NCBI GenBank assembly: GCA_951406725.2
Contig: OX597837.1
Coordinates: forward strand, 24,738,001-24,802,000
Direction of reading: 5' to 3'
Length of the DNA stretch: 64,000 nt
Source: Octopus vulgaris
Lineage: Eukaryota
Shown here: piece after piece, positions 24,451 through 38,600 of the stretch
How positions within the stretch are numbered: the first letter of the stretch is position 1
Layout of the letters: every line of letters starts with the position of its first letter
The notes under the pieces: model-generated
Databases searched by the model: none
What the model saw: only the letters and a program-made list of their open reading frames with translations
Told to the model about the DNA's origin: nothing
Made by a program: the position numbers and the translations under genes

Positions 24451-27400
24451 ATGACTTCGGACATGGTAAGTTTATCTCCTTAATTATATCATTCTTTACA
24501 CATTTTCTTATATTATAGGAACTTGAAATGATATTTGAAAATATTTCAAAGGAAGGACCAAGAGATTTCTGATAAAAAATTTCGTGTTGTCCTTGCGGTG
24601 TTTGGCAGACAGACAATAGACATTGCTCGTTTAATTTAATTTCGAACCTTTTCGTCTGAGTTCAAATCTTCCCGAAGGCCCCCGTTGTCTTTCACCTTCT
24701 CAGGGTCAGTAAAATAGAATACACTTGTGTTGAATCATTACTATTTCTCAACAACTTACAGCTTTGTGTCAATCTTTCAGACAATAGGGTTGCGAATTGA
24801 AATCCTACAGCAAGCTGTGTGAATTATTGTTTCTGGTCGACGTAAGCTAAATGAATTATAATGACTACTATTAACTGTTTATCCCAGTAATAGGCTGGGG
24901 TAGAAACTTTAAATTTTTTTAAAAATCACTCTCTACTCACTGCTTTAATTAATTAATGTTTGAAGTCCTGACTCATATTTTATTAATTATTGTTGTTATT
25001 AAGGCGACGAACTGGCAGAATCATCAGCTCCGGACCAAATATTTAGCAGCATTTTTGGTTCTTTATGTTCTGAGTTCAAATCTTGCCGAGGTCAGTTTTG
25101 CCTCTCATCCTTTCGGAGTCAATAAGATATAGTACCAGTCAAGTATTGGGGGTTGTTGTAATCGATTTACCCCCCTCCTAAATTGCTGGTCGTGTCCCAA
25201 AATTTAAGCCATTAATAATGTCATAATAGTTTCAAGTTTTGGCACAAGGCTAGCAATTTCGGGGTAGGGGCAAGTCGATTATATCAACCTCTTGCCTTTC
25301 ATCCTTTCGGGGTCGATAAATTAAGTACCCGTTACGCACTGGGGTCGATGTAATCGACTTAATACCTATGTCTGTCCTTGTTTGTTCCCTCTGTATTTTA
25401 CTCCTTGTGGGTAATAAAGAAATACGTATTTAGTTTATCGACTCCAAAAGGGTGAAAGGCAAAGTCGACCTCAGCAGAATTTGAACTCGGAACGTGAAGA
25501 CGGACGAAATGCCGCCAAGCATTCTTCCCGGCGGGCTAACGATTCTTCCAGCTCGACACCTTAATGATTTCAAATTCTGGCCCAAATAATGATGTTAGAG
25601 GGTGTAGTTAATATAATTTTCCTGATACTTGATTGATTATTATGTTAACCATTCTGGTGAAAAGATGGAAGTAGTCTTTAAACTCAGAACATAAGTAAAA
25701 TATGAAAATACGTAACATAGTCTTCAGAAATAGATGTTGCCACTCCTTTACAAATGATGAAAATATATATAATAATTTTGGAAATAAAATGGGCTAGTTT
25801 TGACAAATAAATATTTAAAATTTTATTTACATTCCTGGCATAAAAATAAGCATTTCCTAAACATCACAACGTAAATAAGTTCACCATAAAATGACTCTAG
25901 ATATCTGAAAAATTTCGTGTTTGTATAAAGGAACAAAGCTAGATTGTTATTTTGTTTAATTCAGATTTGGATCAAAGACAATAACTTCCTCGTTCACAAG
26001 TGCAGATCCTTATTCTTCTACATTTTAGTTTTAAAATGTGGCTGTGTGGTAAGTAGCTTGCTAACCAACCACATGGTTCTGGGTTCAGTCCCACTGCGTG
26101 GCATCTTGGGCAAGTGTCTTCTGCTATAGCCCCAGGCCGACCAATGCCTTGTGAGTGGATTTGGTAGATGGAAACTGAAAGAAGCCTGTCGTATATATGT
26201 ATATTATATATATGCGTGTGTGTTTGTGTGTCTGTCCCCCTAGCATGGCTTGACAACCGATGCTGGTGTGTTTACGTCCCCGTCACTTAGCAGTTCGGCA
26301 AAAGAGACTGATAGAATAAGTACTGGGCTTACAAAGAATAAGTCCCGGGGTCGATTTGCTCGACTAAAGGCAGTGCTCCAGCATGGCCGCAGTCAAACGA
26401 CTGAAACAAGTAAAAGAGTAAAGAGTAAAGAGATTGTTATTTTGTTTAATTCGGATTTGGATCAAAGACAATAACTTCCTCATTCACAAGTGCAGATCCT
26501 TATTCTTCTACATTTTAGTTTTAAAATGTTGTCTACCAAGTTGTGAACACTATATACTCTTATATTTTGCTCTTGCAGCCAACTTATCTCCCAGCACCAC
26601 CTCAAGATCCTAATGCTGCAGACCAGTGCAGACTATGGATCGGTAACCTTGACCCTCGTGTTACAGAGTAAGTATAACAGCATCTTTTGTCTTTTCCAAT
26701 TCTCAATCACTGATCCTTATAAAATGATGAAGATACGGGCGCAGGAGTGGCTGTGTGGTAAGTAGCTTGCTTACCAACCACATGGTTCCGGGTTCAGTCC
26801 CACTGCGTGGCACCTTGGGCAAGTGTCTTCTACTATAGCCTCGGGCCGACCAAAGCCTTGTGAGTGGATTTGGTAGACGGAAACTGAAAAAAGCCTGTCG
26901 TATATATGTATATATATATGTATGTGTGTGTATATGTTTGTATGTCTGTGTTTGTCCCCCTAGCATTGCTTGACAACCGATGCTGGTGTGTTTATGTCCC
27001 TCGTCACTTAGCGGTTTGGCAAAAGAGACTGATAGAATAAGTACTGGGCTTACAAAGAATAAGTCCCGGGGTTGAGTTGCTCAACTAAAAGCGGTGCTCC
27101 AGCATGGCCGCAGTCAACTGACTGAAACAAGTAAAAAAAAAAAATACTAATTATTTACTATTCATTAAGAAGATTCATTCAACCCTTAATCAAATTTAAC
27201 TCATTAGCATTTAAACCATCCCAAATATTCTACCTATTCAAACCAGTCAGATCCAGACTGTCACACCTAGCCCTACCATGTCATCCTAAAATATGCAATG
27301 ACATCATTGATATCTCAAAGCTATGAGATAATGTATGATGAATCTAAAACAATGTAAATAAAAAAGATTACATTTGACAGAGTGATCTGAATGCTAAAGG

Positions 27401-30400
27401 GATATGGTAGAAATAGCAATTTAAATATTTGGAAGTAATTCACATCTTTGGTATCTAGAATATGTTTTGAACCTCAGTACACATTTTGCAATGTAGTATT
27501 TGTGTTGTATATAAGTCCATGCAGTTTATACACAGTGAGGTCGTCCAGTTATGTTTTATCTTGATTGATGTATTGATAGTCTTTGGCCTAGTCGCTTGTA
27601 TAGTTTATCAGGTTGTACAGAAAGATATGCCCAGCAACTGGTGTAGCAACATTATAATTAACTGTTTCAAGAGTAAAGGTAAGGCTTTAGTGAGGAGTAA
27701 TTACAAAGGTATCAAATTGCTGAACCAGGTCTTGAAAGCTTCTGAAGGAGTTATGGTGTAACTTTTTAGGAAGGGGATTAGATTGGCTGAGATACAGTTC
27801 AGTTTTGTGCCAGGGAGAAGTGCCACTGACGCTCTTCTAATAAACAAAATATTTAGCCAGGAGTGGCTGTGTGGTAAGTAGCTTGCTTACCAACCACATG
27901 GTTCTGGGTTCAGTCCCACTGCGTGGCACCTTGGGCAAGTGTCTTCTACTATAGCCTCGGGCCGACCAAAGCCTTGTGAGTGGATTTGGTAGACGGAAAC
28001 TGAAAGAAGCCCGTCGTATACATGTATATATATATATATGTGTGCGTGTATGTTTGTGTTTGTCCCCCTAGCATTGCTTGACAACCGATGCTGGTGTGTT
28101 TATGTCCCTGTCACTTAGCGGTTCGGCAAAAGAGACCGATAGAATAAGTACTGGGCTTACAAAGAATAAGTCCCAGGGTTGAGTTGCTTGACTAAAGGCG
28201 GTGCTGCAGAAGCTAAGAACGGGTAATTGGCTGGTGGTGATAGTTGTCCAAGCCATGTACAAGGATTCTGTCAGCAGGGTACCAGTTAACAATGAGTATG
28301 GTGATGACTTTAGTGTGCAGGCTGGAGCTCAGCTCTTAGTCACCTTATTATTGTTCTCCAGGCTATAACAGGATTTTTGAGACTGTTACTCATAGGAACT
28401 TCTATATGCTGATAACCTTGTTCTATTAGCTGAAATGGTAGCAGAATTAGATAAAAATTTCAGGTATGAAAGTAAAACTTGGAATCAAAGGGTCTTGAAT
28501 TTAGAAAAGACCAAAATCCTAGTAAGCAGCAAAACAGTATGTTTATCCCTTCAGGAGAATGGCAGTGTTTGATTTGTAGAAAAGATGTCGGTAGTAATTC
28601 CATACAGTGTATCCAGATATGCTGATAACCTTGTTCTGTTAGCTGAAATGGTAGCAGGATTAGATAAAAATTTCAGGTGTGAAAGTAAAACTGGGAATCA
28701 AAGGGCTATGTATATGGTATTGGAGCCACTGGAAGAGTAACAGAGAAAGAAGTCTTGTCTGTGGCAGATATGCAGATACAATAAAAACTAAGAACACATC
28801 AGAAATAAATTTTCTTAAATGCCCAAGAGGATCCTTAGAGGTAGTAGACAGTTTCTGTTACCTAGGTGACCTAATTAGCATTGGAGGAGGATGTTCTAAA
28901 AATTAAGTTGCTGGAGGAAGTTCAGAGAGCTATTACTTCTGTTGATAACAAAAGGTCTCTTAGAATGAAAGGTAGAGTGTATGCTACTCCTCTTTGTAAT
29001 TCACATCTCTCTGACTATGGCATTATTTGTTCAGCTGCTGTAATTGCAGCAACTGAACTGTACATATCCCTTCCATTAGTTTGTGCTATTGGTAATCTCT
29101 CTTCTTGGAATCACTCCCCTTACCATTCATCTTTCATTCCCTTACTACTATATATTCACTGAATCCCAGTTTCCCTGAACTCCCTCTCATCTCTACCATT
29201 GATGTTCCTTTTTGTGACTCATTATATCCACCCCTATGTTCACCTAACTTCTGTCACTCTGCATCTTCTCTTTCCCCCATACTTCATCTTCTACCTACCC
29301 ACCCAGAAATCCTCGATTCTCTGCACCCTGCTTCTTCTTGTCTCTCTCTAACCATCTTATGCCTTGAGGTATACCCTGCTACTTCGTCTCCCCATCTGTC
29401 AGCTCTTTCCTGCTGAGGTTGCCATGTATCTCTACAGCATGACACCTTTACCTATCCCTCTTTCCTATTTCAGCCTCTCCACCCATAGCACAATGTTACC
29501 TGCCTCAGTACTGTCCCCCTATTCTCTGAAGGGATCTTGTCTTGCATGTTAATTGGAGACACCAATTGTGCTGGTGCCATGAAAAATGCACCTACTACAC
29601 TCTGTAAATTGGTTGGCATTAGGAGTGGCATCTAACCATAGAAACCTTGCTAAAACAGATACTGGGGACCAGATAAGCCCTTAAGCTAGTCAGAGCCTTT
29701 TAAACAGTCCAGCTCATGCCAATATATATGTTAAGTGATGATGATGAATGAACTATTATCAATTTGAAAGAATCGAATGATTCTAACCAAGTTCTTGAAG
29801 AGTTTGCATATAATATTAACTGTTTAATTTGATATGTATTCAAAATACACTGGATGTCTTTTTCAGTGAAATATTGCCTTTCTGTTGCTTTATAAGTATA
29901 ATTTACCACTATAAATATACCTTTCAGATTTGCTTTACTTAAAATCCTTCAGAAATTTGGTAATCTTTTGAAATTTGATTTGATGTACCACAAGTCAGGA
30001 CCAGACCAGGGTAAACACAGAGGATATTGTTTTGCTACTTATGAAAATAAAGAGGTGAGATAATTTACTGAGATTTCATTTAACTTAACAACAACTGCTG
30101 GGTTTCAACTTAATCTGGTTAATAATGAGTGAGGGTAACAGATTGCTGGTCTACAGATTAACTTGGTTAATATTGAGATAGATTAAGGCAGCAAGCTGGC
30201 AGAATCATTAGTGGCATTTTGCCCGTCTTTAAGTTTTCAGTTGAAATTCCACTGAGGTTGACTTTGCCTTTCATCCTTTTGGGGGCCGATAAAATAAGTA
30301 CCATCTGAGTACTGAGGTTGATGTAATTGACTTAGCCCCACCCCCGAAATTGCTGGCCCAAGTTTTAAACCAATATTGAGACAAATTGCTGGTCTACAGG

Positions 30401-33400
30401 CCAACAGTTGACATTTATGGCATTTAGGCATTTGTAGGTTCTCTTGGGAAGTGGGGTGTCAGTTGGTTTTTCATAGAATCGATGTTGGTGTAATGTGGCT
30501 TGAGGTTTTTAAGTTGTTGTGTGGGGACAACTATGGCAGGAACAGAATGGAAGAGGACTGCAAATCTTGGATGGATTGATAGAACTGATTGGTCAGTTTG
30601 AGATTTGACCGGTGAAATACTGTGGAGACGAGATGTAGAGGTAGTTATGTTGGTCAACTTAGGTGGAATGGTACTTTAATTCTGTGAACAGCTTTTTATT
30701 GTGTGTGTTTAAATAGCAACAACAGAGTCTCAGAGATATGTTTAAGAGAGCTGTCTAATTGGTGCCTGTAGTGTTAATGTCAGAAAGGTGCAAAAGCCAG
30801 AAGGTGTTTTAGAGGGAGATGAGTTGAGGTAGACGCTTTCAGTGAAGGATGAGAGCGAGAACTCTTCACTCGTTCTGAGGGGAGTGTTCATGGAGTGATA
30901 AAAATGGTAGGTTCCCTTAAAGGAATGAGGAAGGATTGACCATAACGCTTTCACATTGAGATTCTATCAAACATAACATTTATTCACATTGTTTTGAATT
31001 TATCCTGCATTATCTTGAAGCCTTGAGGTTTTGATTATGGGACAGTATATTTTTAGACTAACATTGTAGGGTATGTGTGAGAGGCTGGATCTGGTTACTT
31101 TGAACATAAAGCATGAAGAATATTTTGGCCAGATATGTCGGGTAAAGGGTTAAATTTGACTGGAAATCTGTGTTGCAAATATCAAAGTAAAATAATTAGT
31201 AGGAAGATTGAATACTAAGTGTAGGGAATTCTCAGAAATGGGCTGGAATCTAGGGGTCAACCTGGACAGCAGCAGACAGGTTTGAAATGTTTATATCTGA
31301 GGAACAATAAACATAGTTACAAATGTATTGTTTTTATTGTCTTTATTCACTTTATATAAACCACGCTGTTTAAAAAAAAAAAAGGCGTCAACATTTATTG
31401 TTTAGTTCATGTTTTCATCATCTCTAAAATGAAATCTAATTATGATTGTTATTCATTTACTTTCAGGAAGCAAGTTATGCCTGCCAATGTCTTGATGGGA
31501 AACTTCTTTTGTCAAAAAACTTATCCGTCAAATTGGCACATTCAGATAAAGATGTATGTTTTTATTACTCTGTATAATCTATGATCGTTAAAATATTGTA
31601 TCAGAATTATTTTATTATTGAACATTTAAGAAGTTTCTTTAGGCAGCAAGCTGGCAGAATCATTAGCACGCCAGACAAAATGCTCAGCAGCAGTCCATCT
31701 GTCTTTATGTTCAGAGTTCAAATTCTGCCAAAGTCGACTTTGCCTTTCATCTTCTCTGGGTTGATAAAATAAGTATCAGTTAAACACTGGGCCAACTTTG
31801 CCTTTCGTCCTTTTAGGATTGATAAAATAAGTACCAATTGAGCATGGGTTGATGTAATTAATCAACCTATCCCTCCCCCGAAATTGCTGGCCTTGTGCCA
31901 AAACTTAAAGGCAATATTTAGGAAGTTTCTTACAGCACTGTGAGAAGACTATCTGAGTTTTATGGTCATGCATCATACTTCTTACATCATCATCATCGTT
32001 TAGCGTCCGCTTTCCATGCTGGCGTGGGTTGGACGGTTCAACTGGGGTCTGTGAAGCCAGAAGGCTGCACCAGGCCCAGTCTGATCTGGCAATGTTTCTA
32101 CGGCTGGATGCCCTTCCTAACGCCAACCACTCTGTGAGTGTAGTGGGTGCTTTTTACGTGCCACCAGCACAGGTGCCAGACGAGGCTGGCAAACGGCCAC
32201 GATCAGATGGTGCTTTTTACATGCCACCAGCATGGGGACCAGGCGAACTGGCAAACGGCCACGTTCGGATGGTGCTTTTTATGTGCCACTGGCACGAGGC
32301 CAGTTGGGGTGGCGCTGGCAACGGCCACATTCGGATGGTTCTCTTATGTACCACCGGCACTGGTATCACAGCTGCAATTTCCATTGATGTTGATCGATTT
32401 TGATTTCGATTTTCACTTGCCTCAACAGGTCTTCACAAGCAACAGTTTTATACATTAATTGTGGATCTTATCCCATGGATTATAATTCATAATAAATTGG
32501 TTATGAGTTATAGTATATTAATTACAAGTCATAATACATTAGTTCAGAGTTAAAAGATTAAGAGTCACATCACAATGAATTAAGATTCCCTTTGTCTCCA
32601 CTGTCCACATTCTATTAACTGAGATTTCAGATTTGTCTTGCTTGGACAAAATAAATGATTAAGCTAATGATCTTTTCTCCTCACAAGTGTAAATTTAATT
32701 AACTAAAATCTCTTGACTGACTAAGCATATTGGCACTGACCTTGTTATGTTATATTGATACGAGTTTGGCTAAATTGCAGACTTAAAGCCTTGAGTTTGC
32801 TCCTTTTACAGAACTCTTTAATTTTCAATGTGACTTTCACTAATTTTGTAGAAATTAAGATGTTATAGTGATTTACTGAATGTTTTCATTCAGCATTTAG
32901 AACTGATCTAATCACTATAGTTTTACTTGTTTGTACATTTTTCTTTACTGATGAAACAAATACAAAACATTCTGTTAGAAATTATTTTAATCTTGGTCTT
33001 GAAATGAATTTTCTTTTTAATTACAAAGTTAAAGAACAATATTTTGTTGTGCACTTAGTTTTAGTTGTTTTAACTTCTTTGCATCAATGAGGGAAAATGT
33101 TGAAACTATAAAAACAATTGAAAAATTATAAATTTTTTAAAACATCTTCATCTTATACCATGGACTACAAAATTTTGTGGAGAATATATTATTATGCTGA
33201 AATCCAGCCCTTGTACAATAATACCTCGATATACGAGTTAATTCGTACCCAGAGAATGCTCATAAAGTGAAAACTCATAAACAGAAAATAAAGCTTGTAA
33301 ACCTAGTGTCTCTTAAAGCAGGTCCTTGTAAAGTGGGGTATTACTGTATTTTGACGATTCCTAACTAAGAATATAAAGGGAGGTAACTAAATACTACAAA

Positions 33401-34784
33401 CCATTTAGTTCTGGTGTTTGTAATTTTAATGGCTTTATTTGAAAGTCAGAAACTGGCAGCTGCGCCTGACCCTTTACAGTTTCCATGACTGTTTAGAAGA
33501 AGAGAGGAGGTTATGCTTGGGTTCGGGGTGTTGCTTGAATGCTTGCAGCAGAATAGACTCAGCTCATCCAATGCTCAGATGGTGATGTTAAATCAGGCAA
33601 ATGGATTCATTCTATCACTCTTGAACAGGAATGGTCTCTTTGATGGATTTCTGCATCGTTTCACTCACAAAACTTTAATTAATTGATGCTATGATAATAG
33701 GTTCTTGTTTGTGGTGTCATGCAGTTAAACTGAACCTGAAATCAGGTAGCTGCACCCAGCCCTGTCTGCACAAATGAATACCTTTAGTTCCTGTTTCCTT
33801 CATCATTGTCATTATCATTCTTTAACGTCCACTTTTCATGCTGGCATGGGTTGGACGGTTTGACTGGAAACTGATAATCTGAGGGGCTGCACCAGGTTCC
33901 AATCTGATTTGGCAAGGTTTCTACAGCTAGATGCCCTTCTTAACCCTTTCGTTACTGTATTGATTTTAAGATGCTCTGTGTTTCTTTCAATTAATTTAAA
34001 ATCTAACAAAGGATTTAGTAAAATAACTTAGTCATCATTAAGCTAGTGTTAGGAACATAAATTGTGACTAAGGTTTGATGGAAGATTTTAATTCAGAACC
34101 TATGAAAACTAGTCATTTGTACTACAGAGCCAGAGCTGGTTTTAGCCAGGTTGGTAATGAAAGGGTTAATGCCAAAAGCCTTAAACTTTATGGCTCCATT
34201 ATGTAATTGATGAAAAGCACTCACAAGATATTTTAATATAGCAGCTAATGGATAACAGAATTGATAGACATCCAACCAAAATCAGTTTTTGCCTTGCCTT
34301 CTTGATTTTTTTTATTTCTTTTATCTTTTTTATTGCAGCAAAACATTGGTTTACCATTAACGGTAAAAGTCTTGAAAGAGGATGCCAAATTAAGCAATAT
34401 AGACAGCAATTCAGGACTAAGGTTAGTTGAAAGTATTCCATCGATTTGACGGGATTTTTTAGTCAATTTTACATTTGAGAAGTTCTTGGTTTCATTAATG
34501 GAATAAGGTGATGATAACAGCATTTATTTAGTCTAATCTATATTTGTTAGTTTCTTAAATAACATCTCTTTTACTCTTTTACTCTTTTACTTGTTTCAGT
34601 CATTTGACTGCGGCCATGCTGGAGCACCGCCTTTAGTTGAGCAAATCGACCCCGGGACTTATTCTTTGTAAGCCCAGTACTTATTCTATCGGTCGCTTTT
34701 GCCGAACCACTAAGTGACGGGGACATAAACACACCAGCATCGGTTGTCAAGCAAAGCTAGAGGGACAAACACAGACACACAAAC

Positions 34785-34827
<43 letters not shown>

Positions 34828-35684
34828 CATACACTACAGGCTTCTTTCAGTTTCCGTCTACCAAATCCACTCACAAGGCATTGGTCGGCCCGAGGCTATA
34901 GCAGAAGACACTTGCCCAAGATGCCATGCAGTGGGACTGAACCCAGAACCATGTGGTTCGTAGGCAAGCTACTTACCACACAGCCACTCCTGCGCCTATG
35001 TATAACAAAATTATTATTTTTTATTTCTTTGGTCAGTAAGTGTTATTTCCTATTCGCTTCTATCTAGAAATCAAAGGAAATGGCTACTATTCCTTTCAAA
35101 CTTTGCTTTTGTGACCCAGAAATTTGCTTGTCAGTTGCTTGACCTTAACCACTTGAGCTTGTCTCGTAATGACTGATAATATATGCATCTTTGATGATGA
35201 GCAGGAGTAGTGGGAGAGCATCATAGCCACGTGTTGAAAGGGATTCTTTGGGGTTTGAATAAATGTAACAAAAGCAAGTGTCAGGTATTGTTTTCCAACA
35301 CATGCTTTTGTTCCAGTGATGACCAGGTCTCAAGATTGCTAGATTTAAGAGAATCAACTTGTTTTGTGGCAAAACATGAGTTGCTAATTTTCATTTCACA
35401 AAACAAAAAGCCAAGTTCTTATCAGATGAATTCCCAAATTGTTTCCTTTTTTGACGTTTCTGTTCACGCAGCATTATTTTCCTTCCCTCTTTTGTAGCCG
35501 AGAAAGTAAGATCCGAGCAATTGAAGCAAAACTTCGAGCCATGGAAGAAACTCAGAAGGATTTCACTTACTCCCTGGCCCCTGCAGCAGCACCAGGGACC
35601 AGTAAATGGTGCTCATCTCAAATGGCAACCACTCGAAAACCACAAAATACTAAACCTTACAGACGAACTTTTTCTAAAAGATGA
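24451..35684 (+). CDS. RBM18: RNA-binding protein 18 (single RRM), 6 coding exons, ~195 aa
   Basis: Exons: 24451-24465 (MTSDM, GTAAGT donor; least certain), 26579-26667 (RLWIGNLDPRVTE, RNP2), 29928-30054 (LLKILQKFG...HKSG..QGKHRGYCF, RNP1), 31467-31553, 34339-34421 and 35498-35684 (KIRAIEAKL). Total 588 nt, all phases compatible. Confidence 0.92.
26737..27140 (+). mobile_element. tRNA-derived CORE-like SINE (family A), full-length exemplar
   Basis: A box TGGCTGTGTGG, B box GGTTCAGTCC, CCTTGGGCAAGT core, central (TA)/(TG) tract, (AAGAGTA)n-type tail. Other copies: 571-990(-), 3997-4413(-), 5470-5650(-), 7590-7975(-), 14460-14874(-), 17695-18097(+), 26038-26430(+), 27858-28208(+), 34565-34998(-), 41809-42130(+), 47276-47420 plus 53144-53332(-), 54587-54957(+), 59432-59831(-). 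Confidence 0.9.
27620..28985 (+). mobile_element. Degenerate RTE-type LINE RT fragment with a nested SINE; related relic at ~10340-11060
   Basis: KGKALVRSNYKGIKLL, ELLYADNL, LEVVDSFCYLGDLIS. Confidence 0.7.
31986..32437 (-). mobile_element. Retroposon family C with (GAT)n tail and internal variable tandem unit
   Basis: Ends ...catggaaagcggacg(t/c)taaacgatgatgatg. Copies near 2360, 6380, 9517, 29560, 33810, 37168, 38171, 38772, 53960 and 61655. Confidence 0.8.
33216..33346. mobile_element. pogo/Tigger-type MITE
   Basis: TA-caataatacctcg...tggggtattactg-TA. Confidence 0.6.
33944..34165. mobile_element. piggyBac-type MITE (same family, opposite orientation), nested in a retroposon fragment
   Basis: TTAA TSDs; reverse complement of 9772-9991. 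Confidence 0.88.
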
Positions 35685-38600
35685 GGAACTTTTTTTTTTT
35701 TTGTTAAAGAAAGGAAGAAACATTAAAAAAAGACAAGCAAAAGCATCAAAGACCATTTTTCTGAAAAAAAAAAATTAATAAATAAATAAAATGATGGAAC
35801 ATTTTTCTAAAATAAAAATGGTCATTTTCTGAATGGTCCATTCAAAGAGACCAATGTCAACACTGCAATGACAATAAATTTAATTCCTGTAAAAGAACGG
35901 AAGCAAATCTTGTCCATTTCTGCAGATATTTCTGTATTATTTTTTGTCCAAGTTTCAACAATTTCAGGTAACTTCATGTAATATAGTTTTTAGTTTGTAG
36001 TTGATTAATTAGTGCAAATGAAGAATGATGAGTGTAATTTGAGGATACTGGAGACAGAAATTCTGTCATCATCATGGATCAATTGAAAAAAAAATCTTCA
36101 GAAAGAGAGTAAGTTGATAAAAGGAAAAGAAAACGACTTTCAACTGAGAGCCATTGTCCACTGGAAAAATTCTGTTGATGACATCTAAACATATTCTTCT
36201 CTAGAATACACTTTATTTAACTTTAACATAAAACAGGATTTTTATAAAACTTGTGAACAGTTTGAAAGATGATCATAGTTGGACTGAATCTTGATACAAT
36301 AATGCAAAAAAAAAATAAATCAAACTTTTCCAAAGTTGGGACAATATCTTTATTTTGTATCTTTTAAATATTTTATATTTTTATATGTATTATTCAAAAA
36401 CTATGACACCAATAAGTTCCATTTCAGTATTTATGGTATGTAAGTATATATAATATATATATGTATATATATATATATATGTTTGTAATCTTTAATTAGG
36501 AATTCTAAGAAATATCCATATATAAAAGAATATTCAACATTTGCTGTATTTCTTGTGTCAGTGTCTCATTGGTATGAACATGGATGATATTAATTCTATA
36601 TAAACACGCATGCATATAATTAGTTTTACTCTAAAATAATTTTCCCAAGACGGAACATACTGGTTTGCAAGCAAAGATCAACGGTGTTTGACTTGATTGG
36701 ATTTTGTTCACCTTTGTAATAATTAGAACCACAATACCTTCAAACATTTGGGTTTTACTGTTTGACATTTATTTTCCTGTGCTAGCAATGATGAAATGTA
36801 TTTTGTGGGAGACTATATTTTCACAGCTGGATAAATTTGCCTTTTTTACTGCTAACTACTCGACTGTAAAATAAAGATTGGAACCTGTCAGTCGGTCAAA
36901 TAGAAACAAATTGAGTTACAGTACAGTTTCTGTAGAGAGCAAGGTTTGAACACATGACCATGCAGAGTGTAGTCCAGTGCTTTAGCTTTTTAGTCATTGA
37001 TCATTATGTCTCTATCCAATATTAATCTTTCTAGATTAGGGTTGAACTTAGGTTTAACAACTTTTTATGGACATACTTTAACCCTTTAGTATAGAAACCA
37101 GCCATATCCAGCCAAAATATTCTACCTGTTTTATGTTCAAACTGGCCATGTGTGGCCCCTTCACACCAATCATCATCATCATCGTTTAACGTCTGTTCTC
37201 CATGCTAGCATGGGTTGGACGGTTCGACCGGGGATCTGGGAAGCCAGAAGGCTGCACCAGGCTCCAGTCTGCCCTTCCTAACGCCAACCACTCCGAGAGA
37301 GTAGTGGATGCTTTTTACGTGCCAGGCGAGGCTGGCAACGGCCACAACCGGATTGGTGCTTTTTACGTGCCACCAGCACGGAAGCCAGTCAAGGCAGTGC
37401 TGGCATCGGCCACGTTCAGATGGTGCTAAACATAATTCTAAAAATTAAGTTACCTCATTAAAATCTCAAAGCAACAAGATAATGCATGATTAATTCAAAA
37501 CAGTTTGAATAAGTAAGGTAGTGTTTGACAGAAAATGTGAATGCTAAATGGTTACGGTAATTAACCTTCACAAAACTAAATGTGAAACAGACTAATCAAT
37601 GATTCTAATGCATTTTGCCATTTGTTGAGTTCTCCCTTGTTGCAACTTTCACATACACAGCTGGTATTACATGATATTGGTTGGCAACAGCTTAGATAAC
37701 AAATTCTGTTACAAGTTGATGACAGACATACAGCATATATTGATGAATCATAAACCAACTACATGTACTTGTGACATAGATACATGTCTCGTATTGACAT
37801 CATAAATACAGTTCATATTTGAGATCCTTTTCATGGTCACTCTGCTGAGAATAGCATCTAAATCTCTCAAATTTGATCCAGTTGTCTTTAAAAAAAAAAA
37901 GGACATATTGGATAGTAGTCTGGAAATAAAAAGGGTGAGATGTTACAGTTGGAGTGGTTTTGATGATAGACCTGCTTACTCAAGACTGACTTGGCAAAAA
38001 AATATATACAAGGCTGACCTGGGCTAAAACATATAATCTTTGATAATCCAATAAGGAAGATCCTCTCTGTTGGATTTAATGGTGGCTGATCAGCTGAACT
38101 TGTATTTGCATCATTATCATCATTTAATGTTCATTCTCCATGGGTTGTGCTTGAGTATTCCACAGACATTTCATCATCATCATCATCGTTTAGCATCCGC
38201 TTTCCATGCTAACATGGGTTGGACTGTTCAACTGAGGTCTAGGAAGCCAGAAGGCTGCACCAGGCCCAGTCTGATCTGGCAGTGTTTCTACAGCTGGATG
38301 CCCTTCCTAACGCCAACCACAGTCAGGGCGGTACTGGCTACGGCCACGTTTGGATGGTTCTCTTACGTGCCACCGGCACTGGTATCACAGCTTCAAATTC
38401 TACTGATGTTGATAGATTACGATTTTGATTTTGATTTATACTAACAAATCCAAGCACAATCTGCATAATTTCTGTAAATCTACCTAAATTATTCACACAT
38501 TAATAAATTCTGTGCTGTTGCATTTAGTAGGTGTTTTGATGATGAGGAGCCGTACATATAATCACATTTGTTGTTTATTTCTTGGGCTGAAAACTCAAGA

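Noticed and set aside
28404-28705. ~85 bp direct duplication around the YADNL motif
   Set aside because: Internal rearrangement of a dead RTE fragment with no sign of function.
32140-32360. Repeat-spacer-like array (ggtgctttttacgtgccacc units) resembling CRISPR
   Set aside because: The spacers are related to each other, the array is internal to a dispersed eukaryotic retroposon, and there are no cas genes.
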